A stretch of 46,879 nt of DNA, from the NCBI RefSeq assembly GCF_006345805.1, contig NW_021834586.1, forward strand, positions 1 to 46,879. Reading direction: 5' to 3'. The notes beneath the pieces were generated by a model. That model did no database searches, was not told the origin of the DNA, and saw only the letters and a list, made by a program, of their open reading frames with translations. Position 1 is the stretch's first letter. Each line of letters starts with the position of its first letter. Source of the DNA: Octopus sinensis (lineage: Eukaryota). Made by a program: the position numbers and the translations under genes. Below, piece by piece: positions 12,024-25,640 of the stretch.

Positions 12024-15000
12024 AAGGCCCATCACTCTGCGTTGAGCAGAGTGATGGGCCTGAAATTATCTATGACGTCCCCCTTGTTTGGGTCTTTCTT
12101 AATCAGTGCCACTGCTCCTCGCTTTACAAAAGCAGGAATACTCCCGTTTTGCTGCCAGTTGCAGTAGACAGCTGCCAAGACGCCTCCAAACAAGTCTGGC
12201 ATATGAAAATAAAGTTCGTAGGGCAGACCATCCAAGCCTGGTGACTTGTCTCTCGCGCAGCCTACCATCGCATCCTGTACGTCCGCATCTGTGATAGGCC
12301 TTTCACAAGACTCCACCTCTCTTGCTGAGAGTCGTGGCAAGGCATGCAGGTAGGCACTAAAGTCCACTCTGCGTTCTGACCCACGACTTGTCCCAAACAG
12401 TTGGGTGAAGTGTTGTTGAAAAGCCCCACACATCCTTTTAGGCTCGAGTACTTCGCGCCCCTGTTCATCTATAAGAGACTTGATGGTGGCTCTGTTGCCT
12501 CGTTGCGTCTCCACCACTCGGGCCTCTTGGGCGGCTCCAACTCCTTCGTTCCTCAGAGCACGCATCCTAGCTCTGACAACGCATCCCTCGTGTTTGGCGT
12601 TGAGGTGTTGGCCGAGGGCCAATCTCGCCGCCAGCACGTGTGACGCGATGCCAGTTCTAAGTGCCTCTTCTAAAACCTTAACTAATTCTCCCTCTATTCT
12701 ATTTCGGTCTAATGCTAGGGCTTTACTGTATCTGACTGATTCTGCTTTAATTGCTTTTTTTAGGGCATACCACCATCTGTTGTTGATGATGGTACCCGTC
12801 AAAGCTCTCTTAACTAATGTGCTGATCCGGTCCCTGTAAACCTGTCGTGACGCGTTCAGTTTCCAGTAACCAGGACCCTGCCTATGTGTCTTATCTAAGT
12901 CAAGTGTACAAGTCACAAACTTGTGATCTGTGTAACTGACTATATGAAATTGTGGACAACCTACACTATTTTTATCTATTGTCCTACAGAATACTCTATC
13001 TAAGTATGATCTGGACGACTCCATGTCCACATTGGCACATTCGGGTGGTCCAGTCGGTACCTGTCAGACAGTTGGAAACGTCTGAGCAGGTCTTTGAGGC
13101 ATTTGCATCCCCTTCTATTGCTATCTCTGCCCACGTAGTCTAGATGCGTGTCCAGGGTGGCATTCCAATCCCCCACTAAAAGTAAAGGACGAGACGTTCC
13201 CATGAAAGACTCTAGACGTCGAAAGAAATCTGGTCGGCCTGTTAAGGACGGAGCATAAACTGCTATCAGTCGAAAAGCACACTCATTGCTGCCATCGACA
13301 TCCAAAACGACCAGCCTACCCTCCGGGTCTAGGAAAATTGCTCTTACTTTGAGATCCAGACTCTTCCGGAGAAGCACCGTGGTGCCACCTCCGCCCATTC
13401 TCGGTAGACACGGAGAAAAATAAATGTTGAAATGTGTACCGAAACTGTGCTGGAGTGCCCGCAAGTTGTGGAGTCTGGTCTCACTGATGGCTATGATATT
13501 CAGATTTAGTGACTTGATGTCATTTAACAGGTAGCCTTGTTTCCAAGGCGACCCCAAGCCACGTACATTTATACTGCCTATTCTGAGCATGTTCCGATAA
13601 AAAATTGTGTTTTACACACGAAAAGAAAGTGCAAAAAAGGAAAGAGAGAGAGTAAAGGTTACTTGTTGTTCGAAAGTCCTTTGTTTTTCACCTCACAGTC
13701 TTCTTCCATGAGTCTTTTGTATAGTTTCTTTGATGAATACTTTTGAAATCTCCTTACTGCATCAGGGTAAAGAGATTTCAGGGTGCTGTATGTGTTCTGT
13801 GTTACGTGTATTATTTTAATGTGTTGTGGTGGTGTTGTGCGTGGGTGGTTACTTGTTTTTATGTCGTTTTCAGTTATGTTGGTGTTTGACCTAATGTGTT
13901 CCATTAGGTCGTGGTTGTTTGTGTTTATGGCTGTCAACATTGTTGGGGGGTTTGATGATGGTGTGTTTGTGTTGTTGATGTTTTGTTTTCTGTGGATGTT
14001 TTTGTTTCGGGAGTGGTGAATCTTCCTGCTTTGTTTGCTATCTTTTCTTTTCTAATTACAAATCAGAGGAATCAGAGCTTGGGAGAGGGAAAATATTGGG
14101 TCTATTGTAGACTGTGTTGATTTTGTTGTTGGTGTTGGTTGGTGAGCGTTAGGTTGTGGTGTATGCGGTTTTGAAGGTGGGGTGTGGGTATTTTGTGTTT
14201 GAGTGATTGTAGGTATTGTTGTGTTGTTTGGGGTGTCAATTTTGTGGGGATTTGGAGTAGTAATTGTTTCTTCATTTTCGATGAGTGTCTTTTTGGCAGA
14301 TGTCCTTGGTTTTGGAGTTGGTTTATTCTTGGTTGTTGTTGTGGTGGTGTTGTTGCTTCTGTTCTTGGTGCAGTTGGTGTGGTTGTTTGGTTGGTGAGGT
14401 TTGTTTTTTGTTGATTTTCTGTGATTAGTCCTGTTCGTGCAAAACGTGGTGTGGGTAGTAAAGCTGGTTTATTTGTTTTTTTTTCCGGCTGCTGTTGTTG
14501 TTGCTGTTGTTTCTTGCGGCAGATTTGCAATCTTTTTTTCAGGTGTTGCTCACTGCCGCATATGTAGCAACGTGGTCTTCTGCCATCGACGACCACATAC
14601 AACTTGTGGTCTTATGATACACATATCTGGGTGGGTATTTTCTTTATGTCCTCTTGGTTTATATGTAGTAGAAATTCTACTTTTTTTCCCACCCAGTTTT
14701 TGTGACCGTGGTTTCTAAAATTGTGAAATCTTTCATTTTCACACATAAGGCCTTTACTAGCCATAGATTGTTAGCTATTTTTGGGACATTGTTTAAAGTG
14801 ATCTTAGTCACTTTCTGTCCACGATAGCTTGGTGTTAGTTGAAGTTCATCTGAATGAAGAGTTAGCGTTGAGAAACGTCTTGCTAACTTGTTCCACCAGG
14901 TTACATACTCTTTGTAGTTCCAGATGGGTTTCAAGCATTTTTCGATTTTGCTTGTGTTAGCCTTCTCTGCACTTTTTGTTTTCTTATTAATTATTTTATA

Positions 15001-16012
15001 AATAATTGTTCTTTTTTTTTCATCTTCTAATATTTCTTGTGGTATGTTTATTTTTACTATACCATCTACTTCTGTTATTAAAATGTTTGTGTTTTTATTT
15101 GTTGTGCAGTAAAACATACTGTTGTCTTTTTTCTTTAATCGCCTCGGCGAAATTTGTTGTTGTTTTGTTATTGTTGTTGCTGGTGGTGATGTTGTTGTTG
15201 GCTGCAGTTGGTAAAATCGGTGTATTTGGTTTGATTGTGCAAGTAGGAAGGGGTGGAAAATTACTTGCATAGTTTATCCCTGTATTCAAGCAGCTTTTGT
15301 GAATTTGTTTGGTGGTCACAGTCTTTTGTTTATTCCCTTCAGTTCTTGTTGTTGGAGTAAAACAGGTCTGAACCTGTTGTTATTGTTGTTTTTGTTGTTG
15401 GTGTTGGCGGTGGTGTCGGTGGCAGAAGAGATAGCCGTGGCAGAAGATGTCGAAATGGTGGCGCAATTTTTATTTTTGTTGTCATTGTTATTGTTGTTGT
15501 TGTTGTTGGTAGTTGAGGTAGTGGATGAGGTGGCGGCGGTGGTGGTGGTGGTGGTGGTGGTGAAGGCGGTGGTGGTAACAGTAGTAGTCTCTTTGTTGTT
15601 CTTGTTAGTGGTGGTGGTGGTGGTGGTGGTGGTGGTGGTGGTGGTGGTGGTGACAGGGTTGTTACTACAAGTGGTTGCAGCGTTCATTGCAAAGTCATTG
15701 ATGATTTTACTTTGCGTGTATAAATTCTTTTTTTCTCCTAGCGTTTCCAGACTAGGAGAAAGCTGGTCGATAAAGGAACGCGACCATCGTTCTACAATAC
15801 AATTTCTCGACATTTTCAAAATGTCGAGAAAGAAATTACAAAAATTAAATAGGGTTGAAACTGCCCCTATGGGCGAATTCCTCCCTTGGAAAAGCACTCA
15901 AACGAAAGTTGGGTGCCTTACACACCTTATTTACAAAAATGTACACAAAATATGGGCTATAAATAGTCAAAATAAACGATTACCTTCGGAGTCGAAGTGA
16001 CAGCACGTCCGT
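12023..16012 (-). mobile_element. Tx1-clade element, copy 2: intact 5' end, ORF1 and endonuclease; 3'-truncated early in RT
   Basis: 5' leader nearly identical to copy 1; ORF1 knuckle CYICGSEQH; ORF2 MLRIGSINVRGLG...SETR...GDWN...RPITLLNAE, then a hairpin and (ATCT)n. Confidence 0.9.
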
Positions 16013-16043
16013 CGATAGATAGATAGATAGATAGATAGATAGG

Positions 16044-16136
<93 letters not shown>
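16013..16136. repeat. (GATA)n spacer between Tx1 copies 3 and 2
   Basis: Directly visible. Confidence 0.95.
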
Positions 16137-16138
<2 letters not shown>

Positions 16139-18700
16139 AGAGGGCACAAAATACAAAGCAGAGCTTTTCTTTTTGGGAAGAAGAAGGGGAAAAGGGGGGT
16201 TCGAATTTCGATCAAAATTGATCTTGAAAAAAAAAGGCTGATCGATAAGGATCGTGTATCACAGAAATGTCAATGTAAAAAGAGAATACAGACCACGGTA
16301 ACCTTGGGCAATTATGTCATGCAAAAAAACACATTACAATAAGTGACTCTTTTTTACTTTCTTTTTTGTTTTGGTGCATAGGATCATTGTCAAGATGTCT
16401 TCGTCATTCATACGTGCCATCCTTGCTACATTCACCCATCTTTTTTTTAAACATTCGCTAGACAATACTTTCCTCTCTACCCTCACCTTCCTCTTCAAGT
16501 GACACTTGACGAAGTTGATGAGAGATTGACCAGATGCGCCATAGCCACAAGTACGATGAAATTGCCTCTTCCTTCCCGTTTCAAGGAAGGAGATGCGACA
16601 ATATTCACGATAGACTCGGTTGATAAACCAACTCGTCCCAAACGCGATAGCAGTCGTTCCACGTAGGCCCACAGGTCAGAAATGGCTGGACACTGTACGA
16701 GTGCGTGCAGAACGGTTTCGTATCTCTGAGCGTATCTCGGGCAGATCGACCGCGTATTTCTCGAGGTATGCCTATAGAGCTTATCCCGAACAGGTAGCGC
16801 TTCTCGATAGCACTGCCAGGCCAGTGATCTCTGGAAGTTTTCCATAGGTCCCGGCCCGAAAGTCGTTTCAAACAGACGGGTCAGGTATTCCTCGTTGACA
16901 CCCAGGTTCGCCCCGAGATCGTCATCGTACCTCCACTCCACTAATCCCCTTTAGAATGCTTTGGTTGTGTTGAAATCGCTCAAGGTCGATTCTGGACGAC
17001 ATAGTTGCTTGAGAGCAACGCGACACTCGCGGTGCCATTCGCCCTTCCTCGGTCATGGAATGGAGATGAGGGAAAGCGCGCCATACAAACGGCGACCACA
17101 CCTGTTCACCGTCGTCTACATAGAGCCGGAGATGTCACAGTCTCAGCGCATGCCTGCGCATTATCAACCACGGCATACCCAGCCCTCCTTTTATCGAGCG
17201 TTGGCAGTAAACGGATCGCCTGACCATCGAAACGCATCCTTTCCACAAGAAGCGGAAGAGAATGCGTTCCAGTTTGGTGATGGTAGGGTCGGGACAAGGC
17301 ACGACGGTCAGGCGGGTAGTAGATGACAGAAGCGATGTACGTGTTCGCCACCTCTGCCCGACCGTTTAGAGACAGCTTCCCCTCAGCCCATTGGCGGGCG
17401 AGAGTGACCACCCTACTCATTATCTCGTTCCAGTTCTTCTCCGAGCAACTCGACCGGAGCCTCTGTCCAGCGTCCAATGAAGGAGGTGCTGGTGGACGGC
17501 ATGGACTTGCTTCTCCAGGTGCTGAGCCGCAATCCCACTGACTTTTCCGGTTGACTTTCACTCATGTTACCGCTTCGTAGTATTTCAGTGTCTCGCCGAC
17601 CAGCTCGATGTGCCTCTGGCTAGACACTATAACAGTGACGTCGTCCGCGTATGCAGACACGCTCGTCCCGCATCCCAATTCTCGCGGGATGACCCTCAGT
17701 GTCGCCAGCTTCCACAGTAGTGGCTCGAGTGTCAATACGTATAGAAGCAACCAGAGGAGGCATCCCTGACAGACCGAACATGCAATGTCGAAGGGTCTCG
17801 ATAGATGCCCATTTACGCGAATTACCGAACGGATACCTCTGTGGAAAGCAGCTATCCAGCCGCGGAAGACGGGGCCGAAACCAACCGCTATGAGGACAGC
17901 GTCAAAGTATCGATGGTCTACCCTATCGAAAGCTTTGTTTGATCCAAATTGATCAGGGTCCCACACCCTGTCTATGATGTAGCGCATCAGATGGAGGTTG
18001 TCATGGATGCTCCGCCTCGGCACGGCGCACCCTCTTGGCTAACACCTTGGCCAAAATTTTCAACTCTGCATTGAGCAGAGTGATGGGCCTAAAGTTATCT
18101 ATTACATTCCCCTTGTTTGGGTCTTTCTTCAGCAGCGTTACGGATGCTCACTTTTTGCTGTTTGTTGCAGTACACTGCTGCCAAGACGTCTCCAAACAAG
18201 TCTGGCATACAAGTGTAAAGCTCGTAGGGTAGACCATCCAAACCCAGCGATTTGTCCCTCGAGCCTTCTGCCATTGCGTCCCGCACTTCCGCCGCCGTGG
18301 TAGCACCTTTCTTGTCGAGAGTCGTGGCAGACTGTGTAGGTAGGCACTGAAGTCCACCCTGAGTTCTCGCTTGTCAATCGTCCCGAACAGTCGGGCAAAA
18401 TGCTGTTGAAAGGCCTCACACGTTTTACTTGGCTCGAGTAATTCACGCCCCTGTTCATCTACCAGAGACCGAATGGTGGATTTGTTGCCCTGTTGCGCCT
18501 CCATCACCCGGGTCTCTCGCGAGGCTCCAACACCTTCGTTCCTTAGAGCACTCATCCTAGCTCTGACAACACACCGTTCGTCTTTGAAGTGTTGGTCGAG
18601 GGCCAACCTCGCCGCCAAAACGTCGGATACGATGCCACTTCTAATCGCTTCTTCTAGCTTCTTAACTAGGTCACTCTCTACTCTGTTTCTATCTATGGCT
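16137..18700 (-). mobile_element. Tx1-clade element, copy 3: 5'-truncated, with internal deletions
   Basis: Starts at [18 protein letters not shown]; contains KAFDRVDH, SAYADDV and QCYREALPVRDKLY; 3' UTR is homologous to copy 1. Confidence 0.9.
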
Positions 18701-19603
<903 letters not shown>

Positions 19604-19606
<3 letters not shown>

Positions 19607-22600
19607 TATGGCTGCTCCCTCGTTATCGAGTATGGCCATTGCACGAAGCTTAACCATTATTGGTGCGGTGATCGAATGTGACTTTTTAGCCCAGCTAAAG
19701 ATCTACAATGTCTACAGAATTGGCAACTAAAACCTTCACCGGTAATAGCCGGCTGTAGTTGTAACTGGGCTTCATGTACCTTTGCATGTCGTTTAAGTCC
19801 TCCTGCCGAATTACACTCTCTTCCACATGCCCGACAGATATGATTAGTATGGTGTGTTACACCACCACCACCACCAGTGGCCAGGTTGTCACTCATCTTT
19901 CTCGCTTTATGACTACGTAGGTGTCTCTTGAGTCCAGCTTTACTGAGGCAGGTCTTACACAGACACTGCATGTCAGCATCATAAGAAGACCCTTCCCATC
20001 TGGAAGTGTAACAGTGATGCCCTTCCTGACATCTCTCCTTACTTTCTCATGTTGCAACTCGAGATTTCTCAAAAGTGGCAGTCCCCTCGTGCACAATCCT
20101 TCTCCACCTGTTACGATCAATGGCTATGCCTTCCCAAAGGAAGCCTTCGGCAAGTCCTTATACCTCTTTTTTGGGTTTATGTGGAGGTTGTTCTTCTTTA
20201 GCTAACTCTCCATAAAAGAGTTGCTTTGGCATCCTTGAATCCTTCATTCTGACCAGATGACCACTCCATCTGAGCCTTTGCTTTAACACAAGAGCTTCTA
20301 TACTTTCACACAGAGAGCCTGTCAATATTTCAAGATCACTGATGCGGTCTTTCCACTTAATGCAATATATTCGTCTGAGGCACATCTGATGAAAACGTTC
20401 TAGTTGTTTAAGGTGGTATCGATATGTGACCCACGTCTCGCAGGCATAGAGAAGAGAAGGGAGCACATATGCCTTGTACACCTTTATCTTTGTCTTTCTG
20501 CATATGTCTCGCCGACTCCAGAGGCGCTTTTCTAGCCTTCCGAAAGCAACACAACACTTGCTTTCCTAATTCTATATGGAATTTCATCATCCAAATTGCT
20601 ATATCTATTAATAGTGCTTCCCAGGTAGACAAACTGATCAACTACATCAAGTCGTTTACCATACACATAGATATTTGGTACACTATACTGCTTACCAGGG
20701 GCAGGTTGATGCATGACAACAGTTTTCTTAAGATTGACTGTCAAGTGTAAGCATCAGAGAATGCATTCAAGATGTGCTGCATATCAATTTCTGTATGTGC
20801 TACTAGCTCACAATCATCTGCATACCAAAGGTCTCTTATGATAGAGGTAAATACCTTTGTTTTTGCAACAAAGTGCCTGATATTAAATATGCTGCCAGAG
20901 GTTCGATAATGGATGTAAACACCGTAACAGCAGTTTCTGAATGCAATACAGAACACCATCGCAAAATATATGGAAATTAGGGACGATGCCAGAATAACCC
21001 CCTGTTTCGCTCCATTTTGTATTGAAATGGGCTCCGACATTTTCCCTCTAGCATTCATCCTACCATTCATGTCTTCATGAAAAGACCTAACCAAACAAGG
21101 AACTTTTCAGGACACCCAAGTTTCTGGATGACTTTTCACAATGCTTTTCTATTGACGGTATCGAAGGCTTTTGTCAGATCGACAAAAACCTGATACAAAT
21201 CCAGACCATGTTCCACACACTTTTCCTGAAGCTGTCTAGCTGAAAAGATCATATCAGCAGTGCCACGTCCCACACGAAAGCCAGATTGACTTTCTGGAAG
21301 AACACAATCTGCAATGTATTTCAGCAGACGATGCAGAAGTACTTTGCATAAAACCTTTCCTACGACAGACAGCAATGATACTCCCCTATAATTACCATAA
21401 TCATTCCTGTTGCCCTTTCCCTTATACAGGACCACCATTACTGTATCTCTCCAGTCCTCAGGTACAGATTCACTAGTCCATATCTTACCAAACAAAGAGT
21501 GAAGTTTCTGCATAAGTTTCTCACCCCCATGCTGTAACAACTCCGCATGTATGCCATCCATACTCGAAGACTTCCCATTATTCAACCTTGAGACAGCCAT
21601 TGCAACTTCTTCCAACTTTGGTGGTTCTGCGAGTGCTGCCTTCACAGGTAATCCAGGGATGAGATTGAGAACATCCTCACTAACTACAGACTGCTGATTC
21701 AAAAGTTCATCAAAGTGTCCTTGCCACCTTCTCAGAATTCCTTGTGAATCACGAAGAAGTTCTTTACCATCCCTGCTTCGAAGTGGTGTCATCAGGGAAG
21801 ACGTCGGTCCATAATCTTCTCACAAGAGACCATATAACAGCTTTGGAATCTGATGCCGCCTGTATCTCATCAGCCTTCTTACTCCACCACGTATCCCTCA
21901 TCTGAGAAAGCTTTTGCCTCACACGTGATTTTACATCCTATGCAACATTTCCCTTTCCAGTGGATTTGCTGACAAATAGCGTGACAAAGTACGTCTTTTA
22001 TCAGCCAATAAATCATCTATATGTTCATCATTTTCTTTAAACCAATCTTGATGCTTTCTTTGTATCAATCCCAGAACTTTCTTGCCTATATCATAAACTA
22101 ACTTTTTAAGGATCGCCAATCCTCCCCAATATCTGCAGCATTCATTTCCTCTCGTAAAGTTCTCTTCACACTATTACACCTAAGACGATCAACATTCAGT
22201 CTTTTAGGCAGGGTGATCCCTGCAGTTCGGATTTTATGTTTTGTGACTAATTTCACTTTTGCACGTACTAGGCGGTGGTCAGTCCAACACTCAGCTCCAC
22301 GAAGAACACGAACACACTGCACATCCTGTCTGTCACGCACCCTAACAAGGATGTAATCCAGAATATGCCATTCTTTAGATGCTGTGTGCATCCATGTAGT
22401 CTTAAACTTATTCTTTCGTTGAAACATGGTATTCGTAAACACACAGACGCAGCTCCTCACACATCTGCAGCAAAAGCATGCCATTACTATTACACTTCCC
22501 CACCCCATGCTTTCCAATTACAGTCCATGTGTTAAAATCCCTACCCACTCAAGCATTAAAGTCACCCAGTACGATGACTTTGTCTGCCCGAGGGATATTT

Positions 22601-23756
22601 CTTATAATGCTCTTCAAAGCATGGTAGAAAGAAAGTTTTTCGTCATCAGTATAGCACATAGTTGGAGCATACATACTCACCAAGGTCATATAATTTCCTT
22701 TAACCAAAGGAATTCTCATGGACATAAGACGCTCGTTAATTCCAACTTGTCCACAGGAGTAGTCTTAACAGCAAATGCCACTCCAGCTTCTCCTCTAAAC
22801 TCTTCATTCCTCCCTTTCCAAAAGAATGTATATTTTCCACAAGATTCTGTAAGATGACCATCTCCAGGTAATCTCGTCTCAGATAAAGCAACGATGTCAG
22901 GATCATAGCGTTGAAGCTCCTTCGCAACAAGCGCAGTCCTTCTTTCAGGACATTCAGAGGACTTGCGGTCAAGCAGTGTCCGTACATTCCAACATTCAAT
23001 ATTTTCTATGGTTCTATCACGGTTACATGATGTGATGCTCTGGAGCTTAGACTGTGATGCTCTGGAGCTCCTGCCGAGCCAGACTCTTTCAGCTGATGTG
23101 GTTCCAGAGTCCTTACTGCCATTTATTTTTATAGTTTTGGTACATCATTGATTTTTTGCTTTTTAGGGCTACAGCCAGCCAGTCAGTTGAGACTCACAGC
23201 ACCATCAACAATCATGAATTAGTTAATCAATTTAATCAATCAATCAATGTTGTTATCGTGCAATGTCTGTGCAAGAAGATATTTTTTAAAGTGAGGAAAG
23301 GCTGTGCACTGAGTCAATCCCACTCACTAAGCAACAGCAGCCATAATCCGAAAAGAAGAACACGTCAACATCATCGGTAACCACTGAGCCGCAAGTTTTA
23401 TGTCGGAGTTATCCCAGTTACCTGAGTTACCTGAGTTACCTTCTCCTAGAAGGATGCCCTAACAAAGGCTAGGAGTCCTTCACTCCCAATGGTTTAACCG
23501 CACGATCAGGTATTCAGTTCGATTATTTCTATGTCCCCGCGCATGATACAGCCTTAAGGCAGTTATTGATGGCCGTTGACTCTCAAGAGTTCCTTCGCCC
23601 TTTGACGGGTTTTGTTTTTCATCCTGCGGGGTGTCCAATAAACACCCTCCTCACCAAACAAGCTTGGTGTGGTTGCCGGTTTAGTCGCCGACGACCCGAC
23701 CATGCAACAGGTTGTACTGGGTTACATGTTACCAGTAGCACTCGAAAGTGACCTGA
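19604..23756 (-). mobile_element. Near-full-length RTE-clade (BovB-like) LINE, disrupted
   Basis: APE start WNVRTLLDRK...ERRTALVAKELQRYDPDIVALSETR; CWTDHRLV; RT motifs NYRGVSLLSVVGK, VDLTKAFDTV, WYADDC, LLYACETW; three C-terminal C2H2 motifs. The 5' boundary is inferred from the abutting (CATA)n. Confidence 0.88.
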
Positions 23757-23822
23757 CATAACATACATACATACATACATACATGCAGACGTACGTACAT
23801 ACATACATATATACCTACATAC

Positions 23823-24060
23823 ATGGTTCAGTGGCTAAGGTGTTGCACTCACGATTGTGAGATCGTGGGTTCGATTCACAGACCGGACGTTGTGTTCTTG
23901 AGCGAAGCCCTTCATTTCACGTTGTTCTGCGATCATTTCGACATCTGACAGGTAGCATCCAGTTGCACCTGTACAGGTAATGTTGATCTGATGGAGGAAG
24001 TGAGCTTATGTCTACACAAATATTTGATCACTATAAACAAATCATTTGTTTGATTGTTCG
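23823..24060 (+). mobile_element. tRNA-derived SINE, degenerate
   Basis: tggttcagtggctaagg (A box), gtgggttcgattc (B box), core tgtgttcttgagcgaagccc. Confidence 0.7.
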
Positions 24061-24350
24061 GTGAAAAATTATTGAATTTTGTCTCTTAAATCAGCGCACC
24101 ATTCTCTATTGATATCTTTAGAGACGCACAGATATACACAGAGGGACACAGCACAGACGTACATACACATGTACATTCAAACCAACGCATACACTGATAT
24201 ACACACATATGCGAATATATGTACATGTATAGATACACACACACACACACACACACACACATATCTAAGAGAATATTACGGTAGTAGTTTTAATACCTGG
24301 AAATAATATCTATTGAAATTATATTCCGTTCGATTGGCCCCTGTTAATAT

Positions 24351-24420
<70 letters not shown>

Positions 24421-24523
24421 ATGTATGTATGTATGTGTGTGTGTGTGCATGTATGTATGTATGTATGTATGTATGTATGTATGTATGTATGTATGTATGT
24501 ATGTATGTATGTATGTATGTATA

Positions 24524-24755
24524 TATTGGTGCGTAATTATTGCGGCTCTTTTTTTTTCAACAAATTTTATTCAACAAAAACAGTTTTAAATGATTATTGC
24601 GGAGCTTATTCACCATCTACTTCAATTTCTGCTTCCCATTTGCTTGGCAAACGGTCAGACCATCATTTAAAGATGTGTTTGTTAAATATTGTTATTGTTT
24701 TTGTTGAATAAAATTTGATGAGAAAAAGCCGCAATAATTATGCACCAACCCAATA
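24524..24755. mobile_element. mariner-derived MITE (~230 bp)
   Basis: TIRs ttggtgcgtaattattgcggc / gccgcaataattatgcaccaacccaata resemble mariner TIRs (ttaggttggtgcaaaagtaattgcgg); the inverted match extends into aaattttattcaacaaaaaca. Confidence 0.8.
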
Positions 24756-25399
24756 CATATATATATTATGCTTCGGTGTTTTTTGCATTGATAAGGTTTT
24801 TGATTCATGGTATATGTTTTCATCAAAGTTAAATTCTGCCAAAATTATCTTTGCTTTCTAAATTTCGACATTTATCATGTTAGTACCAAAACAAGAATAT
24901 GAGTCGATGGAACTGGCTCAGCCACGTTTGTGAAATGACCTTGCGTCGCCTATGCGTGTTATGTGTCCGGTCAGGATTGTAAGGTAGGGGGGTTTATTTT
25001 ACAATCGGATGTATGTATGTATGTATGTATGTATGTATGCATGTGTGTGTGTATGTATTTATTTTCACTTTCTCTTTTTAATTTAGGCTAAATTTTGACC
25101 GGCCACCGACTTGATAGCAACGTTATAAAAGAAAGTTTCTTGAGTTAACCGGCTCCTCTAAATTTAAAGATGTTCTTGCAGTTTCCTACAGTTTCAGATA
25201 TCGTGGTCAATTATAGTATGGGAATTAAGGATTTGCATTCTCTCCCCGAGAATTCAGGTCCAGTAACAGTTTGTTCCCACCAAGTTGGTATGTACCCTGT
25301 CACTCCAAATAAAATAAGCTGGAAAATGCAAATGTTGTGTATTGGTTCGCAAACTTGTTTATCAATGTTCTCTTCCTCTTATATATTTCTAACTTTGGT

Positions 25400-25640
25400 A
25401 TCAAGAGAGACGGGTGATTCCCAGAACAAAACATCTTTCCTAGTGGTCCCGCACAAATATATCTGCTCAGTTGTGCTTCAGCTTTTTAAGTTCTACCAAT
25501 ATTCTTTTGACCCATCGTTCTCAATATGATAAACATCGTTTGTAGGTCTTTCGTTTTTGTTTTCTTCTTCCAGACTGTTTTGGAGACCGTATTATGTCTC
25601 ATGTTAAGGCAATATCTAGAAGGCATTCTTACGCAGTTGA
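25400..25640 (-). mobile_element. Ancient RTE-like RT C-terminal remnant
   Basis: Stop-ridden frame ...SGRRKQKRKTYKRCLSY*ERWVKRILVELKKLKHN*ADIFVRDH resembles RTE C-termini. Confidence 0.35.

Noticed and set aside
15299-16000. 233 aa plus-strand ORF, with a similar one at 11255-11479
   Set aside because: Antisense to the low-complexity ACC/AAC-rich start of Tx1 ORF1; stop-free because of composition.
23420-23756. HDV-like ribozyme in the RTE 5' UTR (known for some RTEs)
   Set aside because: I could not fold a convincing nested double pseudoknot by eye; it needs a descriptor-based search.
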